In this document: positions 35,770 to 48,800 of the stretch, piece after piece
How the letters are laid out: every line of letters begins with the position of its first letter
How positions within the stretch are numbered: the first letter of the stretch is position 1
Position numbers and translations under genes: made by a program
The notes under the pieces: generated by a model
Told to the model about the DNA's origin: nothing
The model's database searches: none
The model's input: the letters and a program-made list of their open reading frames with translations, nothing else
DNA from: Octopus bimaculoides
Taxonomy: Eukaryota
Assembly (NCBI RefSeq): GCF_001194135.2
Contig: NC_068985.1
Location: 31,299,385 to 31,363,384, forward strand
DNA: 64,000 nucleotides
Reading direction: 5' to 3'

Positions 35770-38700
35770 CTGCAAACAGAAAAAAAGAAAGCAATTAAAT
35801 TTATGATTTCAACAGCAAAAATGGGCATCTGAACGTCAGTTCAATAGAAAAAAAATATTTTAAAAGAGATTTGTCTAAGCCAGAACAATGCAAGAAGGTA
35901 CAAAGTAAACTACAAAAAAAAAGAAAAACCCCAAAAATTGCAGTTTTACCTTGTATTTCTATATTTCAGGGTTATGACACCTTCTTCAGAACATTTGGAA
36001 AAAGTTGCTCAGATGAGTGGGGGACAAAGGAGAAAGGCAACATGCACAGACAGGTGTTGTTATGCCAACCAGTCTGCTTCATGTAGTTCCTCCCAATTGG
36101 TTAGTGTGTACACCGTGATGTTATGTGTGGTATTTTTCCTCAACAGAACTTTCTTCAGGGATGGACCAGTGTGCACCATCTGTAGGTTGGATCTCCCCTT
36201 GCAGATTGCATGTCACAGCTGTCGTTGAAATGGAGCAGTTTAAGGAAGCGCATTTCTGACTTGGGATTATGGACCTTCATACGTGATTTACCCACTTTTG
36301 TTTCATGGATGCAGTTGTTGAGCAACAGATGGCAGATAGCCGTTGGGTGCTAAGCTCTTGAGGAACTGCTTGGTGTTGGTTGCTTCGTTAGTTGCTTCAC
36401 TACATCTGTCTCATGTGCGTGATCTCATTTTGCACATATGTGGCTTTAGCTCTGGTGGGCAGAGCTGACTCGTAGTGTACGAACAGATTCCTGTTGACCA
36501 CTCTTCTACAAAAATTTGTATAGATGGAACCCTCCTCTGTGATCTTGATTTTGGAAATGCAGCAGAGAGATGGTTCAATTTCATATCTGACATGACTGCT
36601 GACATTGTTGAAACTTTGATGTATGGCAATTGCTTCCTCCCAGGAGGTGAGTATCAGGATATTGTCAATGTACCTTGAGAAAAAGGCACATGAGTGGTAG
36701 GTGTTAAGCACCATGCATTCGAGATGACTAATGTATGAGATGGCCAGTAGGTTTGAGGCCAGATCCCATTGGCAGACCTGAGAACTGTTTATCTGAGCTA
36801 CTTCAATGTTGTATAGGAAATAGATGCTACTGATTATGTTTAGTAATATGGAAGACATGTAGTAGTAAAAGTTATCGAAATTCATGAGACATAATATAGA
36901 AAAGAGGCTTATTGAAATATTATTTCATGTAACCTTTTTAAAAATTATTTTTTTATTTACCTCTTCACCCACAGTTGTTTGCTAAATGTTGAAATATACT
37001 GGAACTTATCAGTTATCAGCTTTAATTAGTTGAAAAGCGTCTCTTTACATGGATAACTTGCTAGTCTATTGCAGGTTTTGCCTTTGGGAAGATTTTAGTC
37101 AAGTCTGTTACAGATGTAACATACACAAATTCATAATATATAGATTGGACAACTGAAGGTTAAGTGCTTTGGCTACTGACGCTGCATGTTACTGGTGACA
37201 AGATACAAACCTGCAACCGTGTGGCCACCTTACCAAGCGACACTTATTTTTGCTAATAATCTTATTCATGTTTGCATTTAAAATGTAGTGTAGAGATGCA
37301 GTTACTGTGCTCTGAGATGAAATCCTGTTCAGATTAACTTTGCTGTTCATCCTTTCAACCTATCCAAAGTGACAGACTGGACACCTTGGCTCTTTGCATT
37401 TTGAGTTCAAAACTCACTAAAGCCTGCATGAGTAGTAGACAACCTGGTTTCCCAATTTGATAGCACCACTTGGCACCTTGGATACTTTAGCAAAATCCAC
37501 TTTATTGCAAGCATTTGGGCTAGGTTTCCCTCTTGATTGTAAATAAAAAAATAAACAAAAAAACAAGCTAGTAGAAATATGTAATAAAGTAATATCTTAC
37601 CTGTGAACTTCTATAGAACCAAAGAGCTCATATGGATATTCATATTTTTCATCCATACTAATAGCTTTCTCAATGTAAGAGCGAATTTTATCGAAGTCTG
37701 GTTCTTCACTGAGTAGCAGGACTCTATAAGATAAAATATAAATGCCTGATGTTTCCTGAACATGTATATAAATGAAAATAATACCAATAGTTTTACAACA
37801 AATGAGCAACATGCACCTGTAGTCCTGAGCTAGACTCTCTGTTAGTTCAACTTGGTTAGGATCAGTTGGACTCAGCTGAAAATACACACCACTTGTCCCT
37901 TTGATATAAGCAAACCTCTTGTTCACCTCTTTTTGGCTTAGGTTAATTAGCCAGCTACTTTTATGCCAGTCTTGCACTTCTTACATATACATCATACAGT
38001 CTACCTTTGACACAAAGAAAGGAATCCTTTACTTATTTGTCAACAGAGACAACAACTCTCAAAACTGCTTTCTTCTCTTCTTTACTCTAGCTACTATGGT
38101 TTTGATACAAGAGTATATTAAATCATATAACTAAGAATCACTTTCTATAAACATCAAGTTATGGAACTCTGAAGTAATTTATGTATAATTTATTCATTTA
38201 CTCTTGTATTCCTCTCATTCTTACAATGTCGCCTCTCAGCATTCATACTATACTCTCTCTTCCCACGTCAATGGCACCCTCCAGCCTCTCCTTTCCTTAC
38301 TGCATCTATCTTCAGCTTCTTTTTCTTTCACTGTTCTCCCATCACACTCCATTTTAACATCTTTTCATCTCTCCCTCTCTATTCCTACCTCCATGCCAGA
38401 GTGTAGTGATTGCCTTTAATATGTGATGGATAATACATTCAGCCACTGCAATGAATTCAATTGCTGAAGTTAACAAACACAATTAAAATACTTGGTTATC
38501 AGAAGACGGATACCAATTATAAGTTATCTTTGAATTTAATAATCGCCACACACACACTCACACCTATAAATAATAAAAACTTTATGCAATTTAGTGTGTA
38601 TGTATGTGTGTGCCAAGAGAAAGAAATAGTATACAAGTTTCTGTGATGCAATTAGCTTTAAAAAACTGATATAATATTAAAATGGAAACTAACGCCTTTC

Positions 38701-41700
38701 TTTAAACATAATTGACATTTTCTCTGATAAGATTATGTAAAGAGAACTAACCCCATGTATACAGTTGCCATTGCATTATCTTCTTCCAACTCCAACACTT
38801 TTTCAAAGTGATGCCTAGCTTTTTCTGGTTTGTTTTGGCCCAAAAGTGTCTGCAAAGAAGAGTTTTAAATGTTTCATAAGGGATTATGAAATCCCAAAAT
38901 TTGTTACAGCATTTTCAAGTTATGATGGAAAAATTACTGGAATGATTAATGAGCTACATTTCATCTAAGAAATATTTAAGGTTTTCCCTAAATTTTCATT
39001 ATTTAGCAAAATCAAAACAATATGCAGGAGTATATTAAATCATATTAATTATAAAGCATGAACTTATAACTAAGAATCACTTTCTATAAACATCAAGTTA
39101 TGGAACTCTGAAGTAATTTATGTATAATTTATTCATTTACATTATATTGTCAAGTAAACAAAACCAACTCAGATTTAGTTCCAGACCTTAAAGTTTAACA
39201 AATAAACTAAACATCAAAAATATGGATTACAAAAATGTAAGTTGGATAATTTAATTAGTGTCTTCAGCAAAACAAATATGCTAAATCAAGAACTGGTTTA
39301 TTAAGCCTGAAAGCTAATTACCTGTCCAAATTTGATCCTAGCTTCAATACAGTTTGGGAATTTTTCCACAACTCTTTCAAATTGGGATGCTACTTTCTCC
39401 AAACCATCAGCAGAGCTATTTATTAAGGCAGCTCGATGTTCTAGAAACAATACAATAAATCAAAACTTATATTATCATAAAATATGTAACAAATGAAAAA
39501 TGCCAAATACTGAACTTTTAATATTAACAGTTATTTATCACCAACACAAGAACAGAACAACAGTTTTGACGACTAAGAATATTAAGAGAGTTGCAACCCA
39601 ACTAGACATACTTTTTGCGAAAGAAATATATATCAACAAAGACTGAATGTATGGATTTGCGATCTAAATAAAAAATGTTGGTAGAGAGAAAAAGGCTTGT
39701 CCAATAAATAACTGTTTATATTTTGATTTGATTAAATTCTTGATTAAAGATGTTAGTTAACAGAATTAACTAATATAAGGAGCTATAATGTTGGCATACA
39801 TAAAATAATGGTGAACATGTTTTGCAGACTTGCATTCACCCATCTTGTTTTAGAAGAGAAATATTTTAAAGTTTGAATTTCTGTGTGACCCTTAAATTAA
39901 CATATTTCTGTTGAAATACAGTGCTTTTGTTTCAATTCATTTTGAAAATAATGAAGAACCTAGTAAAATAATTTTGTCATTATCAAGCTGGTGTTTGGAA
40001 TATAAATTAACATGAAATTTGGAGGGAAGGTTTTAATTTAGATCAGTGTAAAACAGAAAGTTCATATCATAGAAACAAGGGTGGTCTCAAGCAGGTTACT
40101 ATCAAAAGGGCTAAACCACATTTGCTTCTAGTCTATTCTGCATGCACATACATATACACACACCACCACTACCACCGCCAAAACTTCTAAATTATTGTTT
40201 ACTTTATTGGCAATAATGTACAAGAATTGTGACACATGTAACATATTTATTTTGCATAAAAGTATGTTATAAAATAGAAGACTTTTAAATACCTCCAAGA
40301 CACTTATAAACATGGGCATGAGGGAAGTTTGGATCCAGTTCTATACATTTTTCATAATCCCGAACACTATCTTCACAGCGATCTTGTAACATCAGGAGCT
40401 GAGAACAAAATGAATATATAGTTGCTAAATAAACTTAAATTTTTATAATTCAAGAGAAAATCTTAAGCATAATAGACTCATGGGGCAACAAAGATACCAC
40501 AGTTACCGATTTCCACAAAGAATTGACAAAAGAAAAAAAGTTTTAGAAGTTGACATCATAAAAGGATTCTGTTCACTAAAGGGAAGGCAAGTAGCAAATC
40601 TTCAATTCACTTCCATGATATCTTGTACATAATTATATTAAAAAATTCCCATTCCAGTAAATAACACAAACTCACTAACAACAATTAAATCATTTCAAGG
40701 TCAATCAAATTAATAGAATAAATACTTATTAGCAGTAGTGAATAATTTTAAATCAGTAAAAAAATTTAAAAAAAGACAACTCGAGTTTCACGTTTTAGCA
40801 TGTGACTTGAACCAAGATCATATCAAACATAAAAATAGACACACATTGTTATACCCACTTCTGTTGTATTATTTGGGTAGTATTATATTTTATTACAAAG
40901 GCTGATCTTGAGATTTTCAACCTTAAGGATCTCGGTTTTGGCACAGACATGGATATGTAGTTAAGTTTGCATTTAGTTCCACTGTGTGGCACCCTGGGGC
41001 AAACATCCTCAACTATAGCCCTGAACCAACCAAAGCCTTGCGAGTGGATTTGGTAGATGGAAACTGAAGGAAGCTCATATATTTGTGTGAGCCTGTCTCC
41101 TTGTCTTGAAAATGCATGATAGCTATAAATGAATGTCCTTCATTTACAATTTTCTGTGAAAACATGTCTGGCCATGGGGAAACAGGTAAGAGTGACAGGA
41201 AGGGCATCTGACTGTAGAAAATCTGCTTCTATAAATTTTTTACTTGTTCCAGTCATTTGACTGCAGGTATGCTGGAACATCGCCTTTAGTCGAGCAAATC
41301 AACCCCAGGACTTATTCTTTGTAAGCCTAGTACTTATTCTATAGGTCACGTTTACCGAACCACTAAGTTATGGGGACATAAATACACACAAACACATACA
41401 TACATATATATATACATACACACACATATATACGATGGGCTTCTTTCAGTTTCCATCTACCAAATCCACTCACAAGGCTTTGGTAGAAGACACTTGCCCA
41501 AGGTGCCACGAAGTGGGACTGAACCCGGAAACCATGTGGTAGGTAAGCAAAGCAACCTACTTGCCACACAGCCATTCCTGTTATCAAGTCTATTTCAAAT
41601 TATGTATTTTTGAAAAATAGACATGAATGTTCTCGAAGACTTGATAACAGAAACAATGCACTTGCGGTATATTAGGAGCTCAACTAAGATGATAACAAAA

Positions 41701-41822
41701 GAGAAAAAATTTTTTTTAGTGAAATCAGGGCTGGAGGATTCCCGAGGGTGCACCCTACCTCTCCATTTCCCACAGAAAAAAAAAGCATTTTCAGTATATA
41801 AAGAGATCAACTAAGATTAAAA

Positions 41823-41875
<53 letters not shown>

Positions 41876-44429
41876 AAAATTTTTCCAAGTGAAATCAGGG
41901 TCAGTTGCTAGAATGAGAATGAGCTAGGCAAAGTCCAGAGAGCTGCTACTTTTGTTAGTAACAAAGTGCCTCTCCCTCAGAGTGAAAAATAGATTCTATG
42001 ATGCCTGCTATGCTAGATGGCAATCAAACAGTTATGACTTCAGAAGACATGTGAAGGTTTGAAAGGAATGAAGCCAGTACGCTTTGCTGGATGTGCAATG
42101 TCAGTATAGAAATATGATAGAGTGTAAGCACTTTATTTCATGTTTTTATGCATCAGACCACAATTATAGTTCAAATGGTATGAGTGCAAAGATTCACAGA
42201 GACAAACACATATGATGGGTTTCTGTAACATCTCCATCTATCAAATTTCACAAGGCATTGTTCAACCCAAGACTACAGTAGAAGACACTTGCTTAAAGTG
42301 CCATGCAGTGGGATGGATGCCCAAACCACACAACTGATAAGTGATCTTCTTACACAGCCTGCCTGCAGTAAAAATGATTTCAAAGTATTGGTGTAATATA
42401 ATCATATCATTATATTGCAAGACATACTTCTCAAAATAGAAGATCATTTAATGAAATAGATTGTTTTGCTTGATCAAGGGTGGGAGGGCTAAGAGGATGT
42501 CTGTTTGCAACTTCATAGCCACCTAAAAAACAATTAGTGAAAGCACAGTACACGCTACTAAGACATATTTGCTTGTGAGTAATGGTTAAGTTGGGAGATG
42601 AATTGAGTAACTTACTTGTCCTCGATGGAAATATATATCAACATTTTCTGGGTCAATGTTAATAGCTTCACTATACATTTCCATAGCTTCTATAGCCATG
42701 CTTTGTTGACTGTAACAACTAGCTTTCTTGATTAAAGCACTGACTTTCACCTAAACATAAAGAAAAGAAAATATTAATATCTATTTATAATAAATACCTT
42801 AGGAATGAGAATCCAGGTTCGAAATTTCCCCAAGACACCTGATGAAGGCTGGAGGGTATATCAGCCGAAACGTTGTGTTAATAACAAACAAGATGAGGAC
42901 AAATATCCGTCAATTGTAAATAATGTACAGAATTAGTTAATTATGTCAACTGACATATTTACCATATATTTAAAATTTTAAATAAAAACCTTCAGTATTA
43001 CTGATTCATAAATACTTTGTCTAAAAAATCTAAAACAGATAAAGAATGTTGTGATTATGAAACACTTACATTTTTATTAACATTTTCACTTTGAATTAAA
43101 TCCTCAAAGTCAGTTATGGCATCAGTAAAAGCACCCATATAAAAGTGTGCAGTTCCTCGTAGCAATCTTGCTTTGTTTATATAGGGGGAGTCAGGTTGAT
43201 CCAGTTCTTTGGAACATAAATCAATGATATTATCACACTGACATTTAGAAAATTGTTTGCAAGCCTCTATAAAGGGTGAACTGAAAAGAAAAGAAAATTT
43301 GTAAATGTTATAGAATATCATAAAAGAAGAGCAAAGCATGGCATTACATCTTGAATGAACATTTATAAAATTTAATGGGTATCTGGCCCTGAATTACTCC
43401 TTCACAGATTAAAGCTATAGGGTGAAAAGAGCAGAACCTTGTGGATAATTATTAAAATGTTCTCATTCATCATATCATCAACCCTAACCTCCATATTGAG
43501 AATTTCTGTAGCTAAAAGCTTCAACAGTACTCACATCCAGCTATCAATATTTATCTTTTACTAGGTTAGACATGTACAAATTGTTGCATTACATAGACAT
43601 CAGTGGTTCAAGAATTTGATGCAAATGTCATCAATTTCAGCTCATAACGGTCACTGTACAACTTACAATACATGATCAACTAGATCATGACCACTGTAAT
43701 TCCTGTTTAATGCACTGCCCCTGAAACATTATCTTCCTATTTTACTATATATATATATATATATATATATNNNNNNNNNNNNNNNNNNNNNNNNNNNNNN
43801 NNNNNNNNNNNNNNNNNNNNNNNNNNNNNNNNNNNNNNNNNNNNNNNNNNNNNNNNNNNNNNNNNNNNNNNNNNNNNNNNNNNNNNNNNNNNNNNNNNNN
43901 NNNNNNNNNNNNNNNNNNNNNNNNNNNNNNNNNNNNNNNNNNNNNNNNNNTATATATATATATCATCATCATCATCATTGTTTAACTTCAGTTTTCCATG
44001 CTGGCATGGGTTGGACAGTTTGACTGAGGTCTGGAAAGTCAGTGGCTGCACCAGGCTCCAATCTGATCTGGCAATGTTTCTACAGCTGGATGCCCTTTAC
44101 TCCGAGTGTGAAGTGGGTGCTTTTTATGTGCCAGTCAGGCAGGCCTGGCATTGATTACATTTGGATAGTGCTTTTTACATGCCACTGGCACGGGAACCAG
44201 TCAGGTAGGCAAGAATCACAAGACAGATTCTTCAAGTCAAGTCAAATGGAAACCTAGTGGGTAGACTAAGAATGTTAGTTCAATAATAACCATAATCTCA
44301 GTTGGTCACACTTGGGAATCCAACCAGAAAGTGTAATGACAGTTGCTTCTGATAGGACCTTATGGAGAATGTATCAGAGGACTATCTCCATGATCCTCCA
44401 AGGAACAGTGGGTGAAGAAGATGGATGGC

Positions 44430-44470
<41 letters not shown>

Positions 44471-45762
44471 ATACACATATATGCTGAAAATATGCTTTTT
44501 GCATATTGGACTTCTCTATAAAGAAATAAATGAAAGAGGAAAAAAAAACATTGATAGAAAACAAGTTAATCACAAGTGAAACATTCAGTGAATTTAACGA
44601 ATTAATGATAACACAAGCACTAGAGATAAAGTAGAAGACTTAAGATCAAATAAATAAATAAAATGTAGATACCTTTCAAGAATTTTTGAAGTGTCAAAAT
44701 TGAAAATTGGATCATTCCGGAACATATCTCTGAAAACTTTCATAAAAGTCTTTGAAGGTAGAGAAGGTTTGCGAGACTACAAAAAGCAAACAAGTACACT
44801 GCATTAGATAAAATATTTACTTTGCCAAAAATAACCTCGTTTCAAAATTTAAGAAAGATTACTTTATTTTTAACTCAGGAAATGAAAATAAAATTTTCCG
44901 CTTTAACCATAAAATTTAATGTTTCGGAAATTTAACATGAATTTCTAGGGTATTCATTGGCCGATACTACTTCCACAAATAACATTTGAGTATACAAATA
45001 GCAATTTATAAGTTACATATAAAGTACACTAACAGAAAAATATGCTAGTGTAAAAGCAGAAAACACCTAGATGAAATGAGCTCTTCAGATTTCTTTTGCA
45101 TTTGATCTAGAAAAGTAAAGTGGGAACAACTCAAGTATAACAGAGAAACTTACAAAAAAGCTAAGATTAACAAGAGTTTTACAGTATAGATAGCTGTTTG
45201 TCAGTTATTCAAAGTCCCATTTTCGTCAACCTTTAAAACCAAATAAGATTGGAAACTATTTACACATATAACTAGCTTCTTCAAGACATCAAGAATATCT
45301 CACAATGAAAGTAACACCACAAAAGGGATAAATGTATAGGATGTACATAGGAAATCAATTCTAGAGTAAACTTATAGCTGAAATACGAGTTGAGTAACAT
45401 TTGATTAATAGGAATTTGACAAAGTACTGTTAGTGAACAGAGAAACCAGCTAGAATATTAAAAGCTGTATGCATCATGTAAAAGACTTCAATGGTTTAGA
45501 TAAGAGTGAAGATATACGTTAATGCATACAGTGATATAGCTACAAGTAGCTAGGGTTCATAAATGAATTATCAAAAAGCAATGGCCCTTCTCATTCTGTT
45601 CTGAAGAGGGTGGATAAACATAATATACCATCTTGATATTATTGTGTCTTATTTTGTCATAGCTGGAAAAGACAGCTACTAAATGTTTTTTTTTTTTTAA
45701 TTAAATCAAGGAACATTTATAATTTATTTATAAAAAAATGTTCTACAAAGAATCATACACAC

Positions 45763-45805
<43 letters not shown>

Positions 45806-48800
45806 TGTGTGTGTGTGTGTGCATGCACATATGTTCAACAACTAAGTGTTTACTAATCTTAGAAAACTATTAACTTATTTATATTCTACTTTCCATCATA
45901 AAACCCTGTTTTGATATAATTAGTAATAAACATCCAGATTGCTTAAAAAATAAAAACAAGCAAACTTACACCCATTTCAACTTTAGCTTTCTGCTTCCCC
46001 ATATCCCGCAGAACTCTTTCAGAAAATTTGACTGTGTTTACATTTGAAAAATTTTCCAACATGCACAACAAGGTTAAATCTGAAAATGGAAACAGAAGTG
46101 GAAAGTTTTTTTTAAATAACTGGAGGTTGTAATAAATAATTAACAAATAAACAGTATAGATTAAAATGATGCAATGAGATTCACAGGCACCCACTACACT
46201 CTTGGAGTGGTTGGTGTTAGAAAGAGCAACCAGCTGTAGAAACCAAGCCAAACCAGACTGGAGTCTGGTACAGCTCTCCAGCTTACTAGTTCCAGTCAAA
46301 CTGTCTAACCTATGCCAGCATGGAAAATGGATGCTAAATGATGATGAATTCTGTTACTTTATGAGAGAGCGAGAGCTAGCATGTACAATGTGTATAAAAT
46401 CAAAATGGCTGAGTAGATAAGATATTAGACTAACACTTTTCATTAAACTTCTATGTGCTCCAGTTCTTCTATTTGTTATGATTAGCTACTAAAAATACTC
46501 TTTTCCACTCTAGGCACAAGGCCCGAAATTTTTTGAGAGGGACCCAGTCAGTTAGATCGACCCCACTACACAACTGATGCTTAATTTATTGACCCCAAAA
46601 GGATGAAAGGTAAAATCAACCTTGGAGGAATTTAAACTCAGAACGTAAAGACAGTTGAAATACCGCTAAGCATTTCGCTTGGTGTGCTCACGTTTTTGCC
46701 AGCTTGTCGCCTTAGCTACTAAAAAATATTAATGACAAACTGGTATCCTGTTAAAGGTGATATTTATCTTTCATTTACTTAACTCCATAAAACAGCAGCT
46801 AAGTGACGATCATTTTAGATATTTGGGGGATTTTGGAGACATTTTATTTTATAGTAGGTGCAGGCATTTCAGCGTGACTGTAAAGTTTGCTTTCCAACTA
46901 CACAAGTTCAGGTTCAGTCCCATTCTGTGGCACATTAGGCAAGTGTTCTACTATACCTTTGGACTGACCAAAGCAGACATCATACAATAGCTGTAAAGGA
47001 ATATCATTCACTTCCAATATTCTACAAAAATATGTCTGACCATGGGGAAATATTACTTTGCTTGAAAATAGGTGTTGGCAACAAGGGCGTCTGGCTGTAG
47101 AAAATCTACTTTAATAAGGTCCTTCAGATCCATGCAAGCATGGAAAAGTGAGCATATATTAGATAGAATAGGACACCATCCAAAACTGATGTAGCTTATG
47201 ACAAGCATTTAAATATGTTATGATGACAATGGTTGATAATGACAATGATACGGTTCAGTTATTCTTACCTTCTAAAGCAATTTTCAAGTTGCCCGTTTGG
47301 TCAGCAGATTTGGCTCGGCGAGTTAAAGCTTTCATATACTTAGGATTTAACTCCAAAGCTTTGGAACAATCACTAATCACTTGTTGGTGGTTCTCCTACA
47401 GAAATCAAAAGTAAAATTACTCAGGTGAAAAAAAAAAAAGTCATTGTGTGAATGCCTAATACATTGATGAATTCAAGATGAAAAAAAAAAGGTGAATAAA
47501 CAGTGGAAGGGACTATAAGTAGATTTAGATCAAGGAAAAAAACTTTCAAAAAAGTGATTAAATCAAATCTGATAATAAGAATTCATTGATAAGACATCAA
47601 AGAAGGTACGAAAAGATGCTATATGCAACCTGCCCTTGTTTAACCTTGCCAGCATAGAAAATTGAATGGCTTGATAATACTGATTAATAAGAAGAATTAC
47701 TATTAATTACCATTTACTAACTATGGATGGAAGTACACAACTCAGATTCATGAGAATGTTTACAAGACAGCAGAGAGAAGAAACAAGAACAATGAATTTT
47801 ACCATGGACCATAACACATAATACTTGAATATTATCAGGAAGCATCAATATTGCTTGAGAGAAACTGTATATCTTTTAAATGTGTCAAAAATATTGTTAT
47901 CACTAGTGAAAAGGTGAAGAGAATATCCTAACAGCGTGTGTTATGATTAGTTTCGTATTGCAATGAAACATTATCAATCATTCTTATACCTGTTTCAAAA
48001 GCTGCCAGGAGTTGGATCCATATGTAATAGTTCAATATACTGCAGATGATTAAATATCTTAATTTCAACAACTAAGTGAACACTAAACAACCAATGACTC
48101 CAACTACAGATCAATTACTGGACTTGAAAAGAGTTTTATTTACCATCATCCCTAGGAGTGGGAATATTTTCAAATGACTGAAACAAGTAAAAGAGTATAA
48201 GTGAATTAAGAGAGCAGCTTGGCATCAAACATATTAGCTGATGAATTTAAAAAAAGAGTCTGGTGTGAATAGATGATACATGAAGAGTAAAAAGGTATCA
48301 GGAGTCTATTATATAGAGTATCTGATGTAAAGGTAGGCCACAGAAAATATGGAAAGAAGTGGTAAGAACATATCAAAGAATGTTGGGTCCTTCAGAAGAA
48401 ACCACACAGGATTAAAATGATGGGGAAAACATTTTGTTGTAAATCCATCCAACTTGTGTCAGCGTGAAATTATAATTTTTAATAGCAAGATACCACCAAT
48501 TCTATAGCTAATCTCCTAAATATCAAGTAAGATCGGTACCTATTTTCAACTGTGTAGATTAATCATCATCATCATCATCGTTTAACGTCCGCTTTCCATG
48601 CTAGCACGGGTTGGACGATTTGACTGAGGACTGGTGAAACCGGATGGCAACACCAAGCTCCAATCTGATTTGGCAGAGTTTCTACAGCTGGATGGCCTTC
48701 CTAACGCCAACCACTCAGAGAGTGTAGTGGGTGCTTTTACGTATCACCCGCACGAAGGCCAGTCAGGCGGTACTGGCAACGGCTATGCTCAAAATGGTGT

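Noticed and set aside
37817-37875. Exon-like 59-nt segment (tattttcag|...AG|gtgcat) in the 126-aa ORF 37597-37977
   Set aside because: It is not needed for the TOMM70 frame and would give an immediate stop. The long ORF is intronic read-through into exon 11, and there is no independent support.
47990-48039. 50-nt candidate poison exon in TOMM70 intron 2 (ctgcag|...CAG|gtataa, in-frame TGA)
   Set aside because: The polypyrimidine tract is weak and such pseudo-exons are common in an 11-kb intron; it cannot be supported without RNA data.
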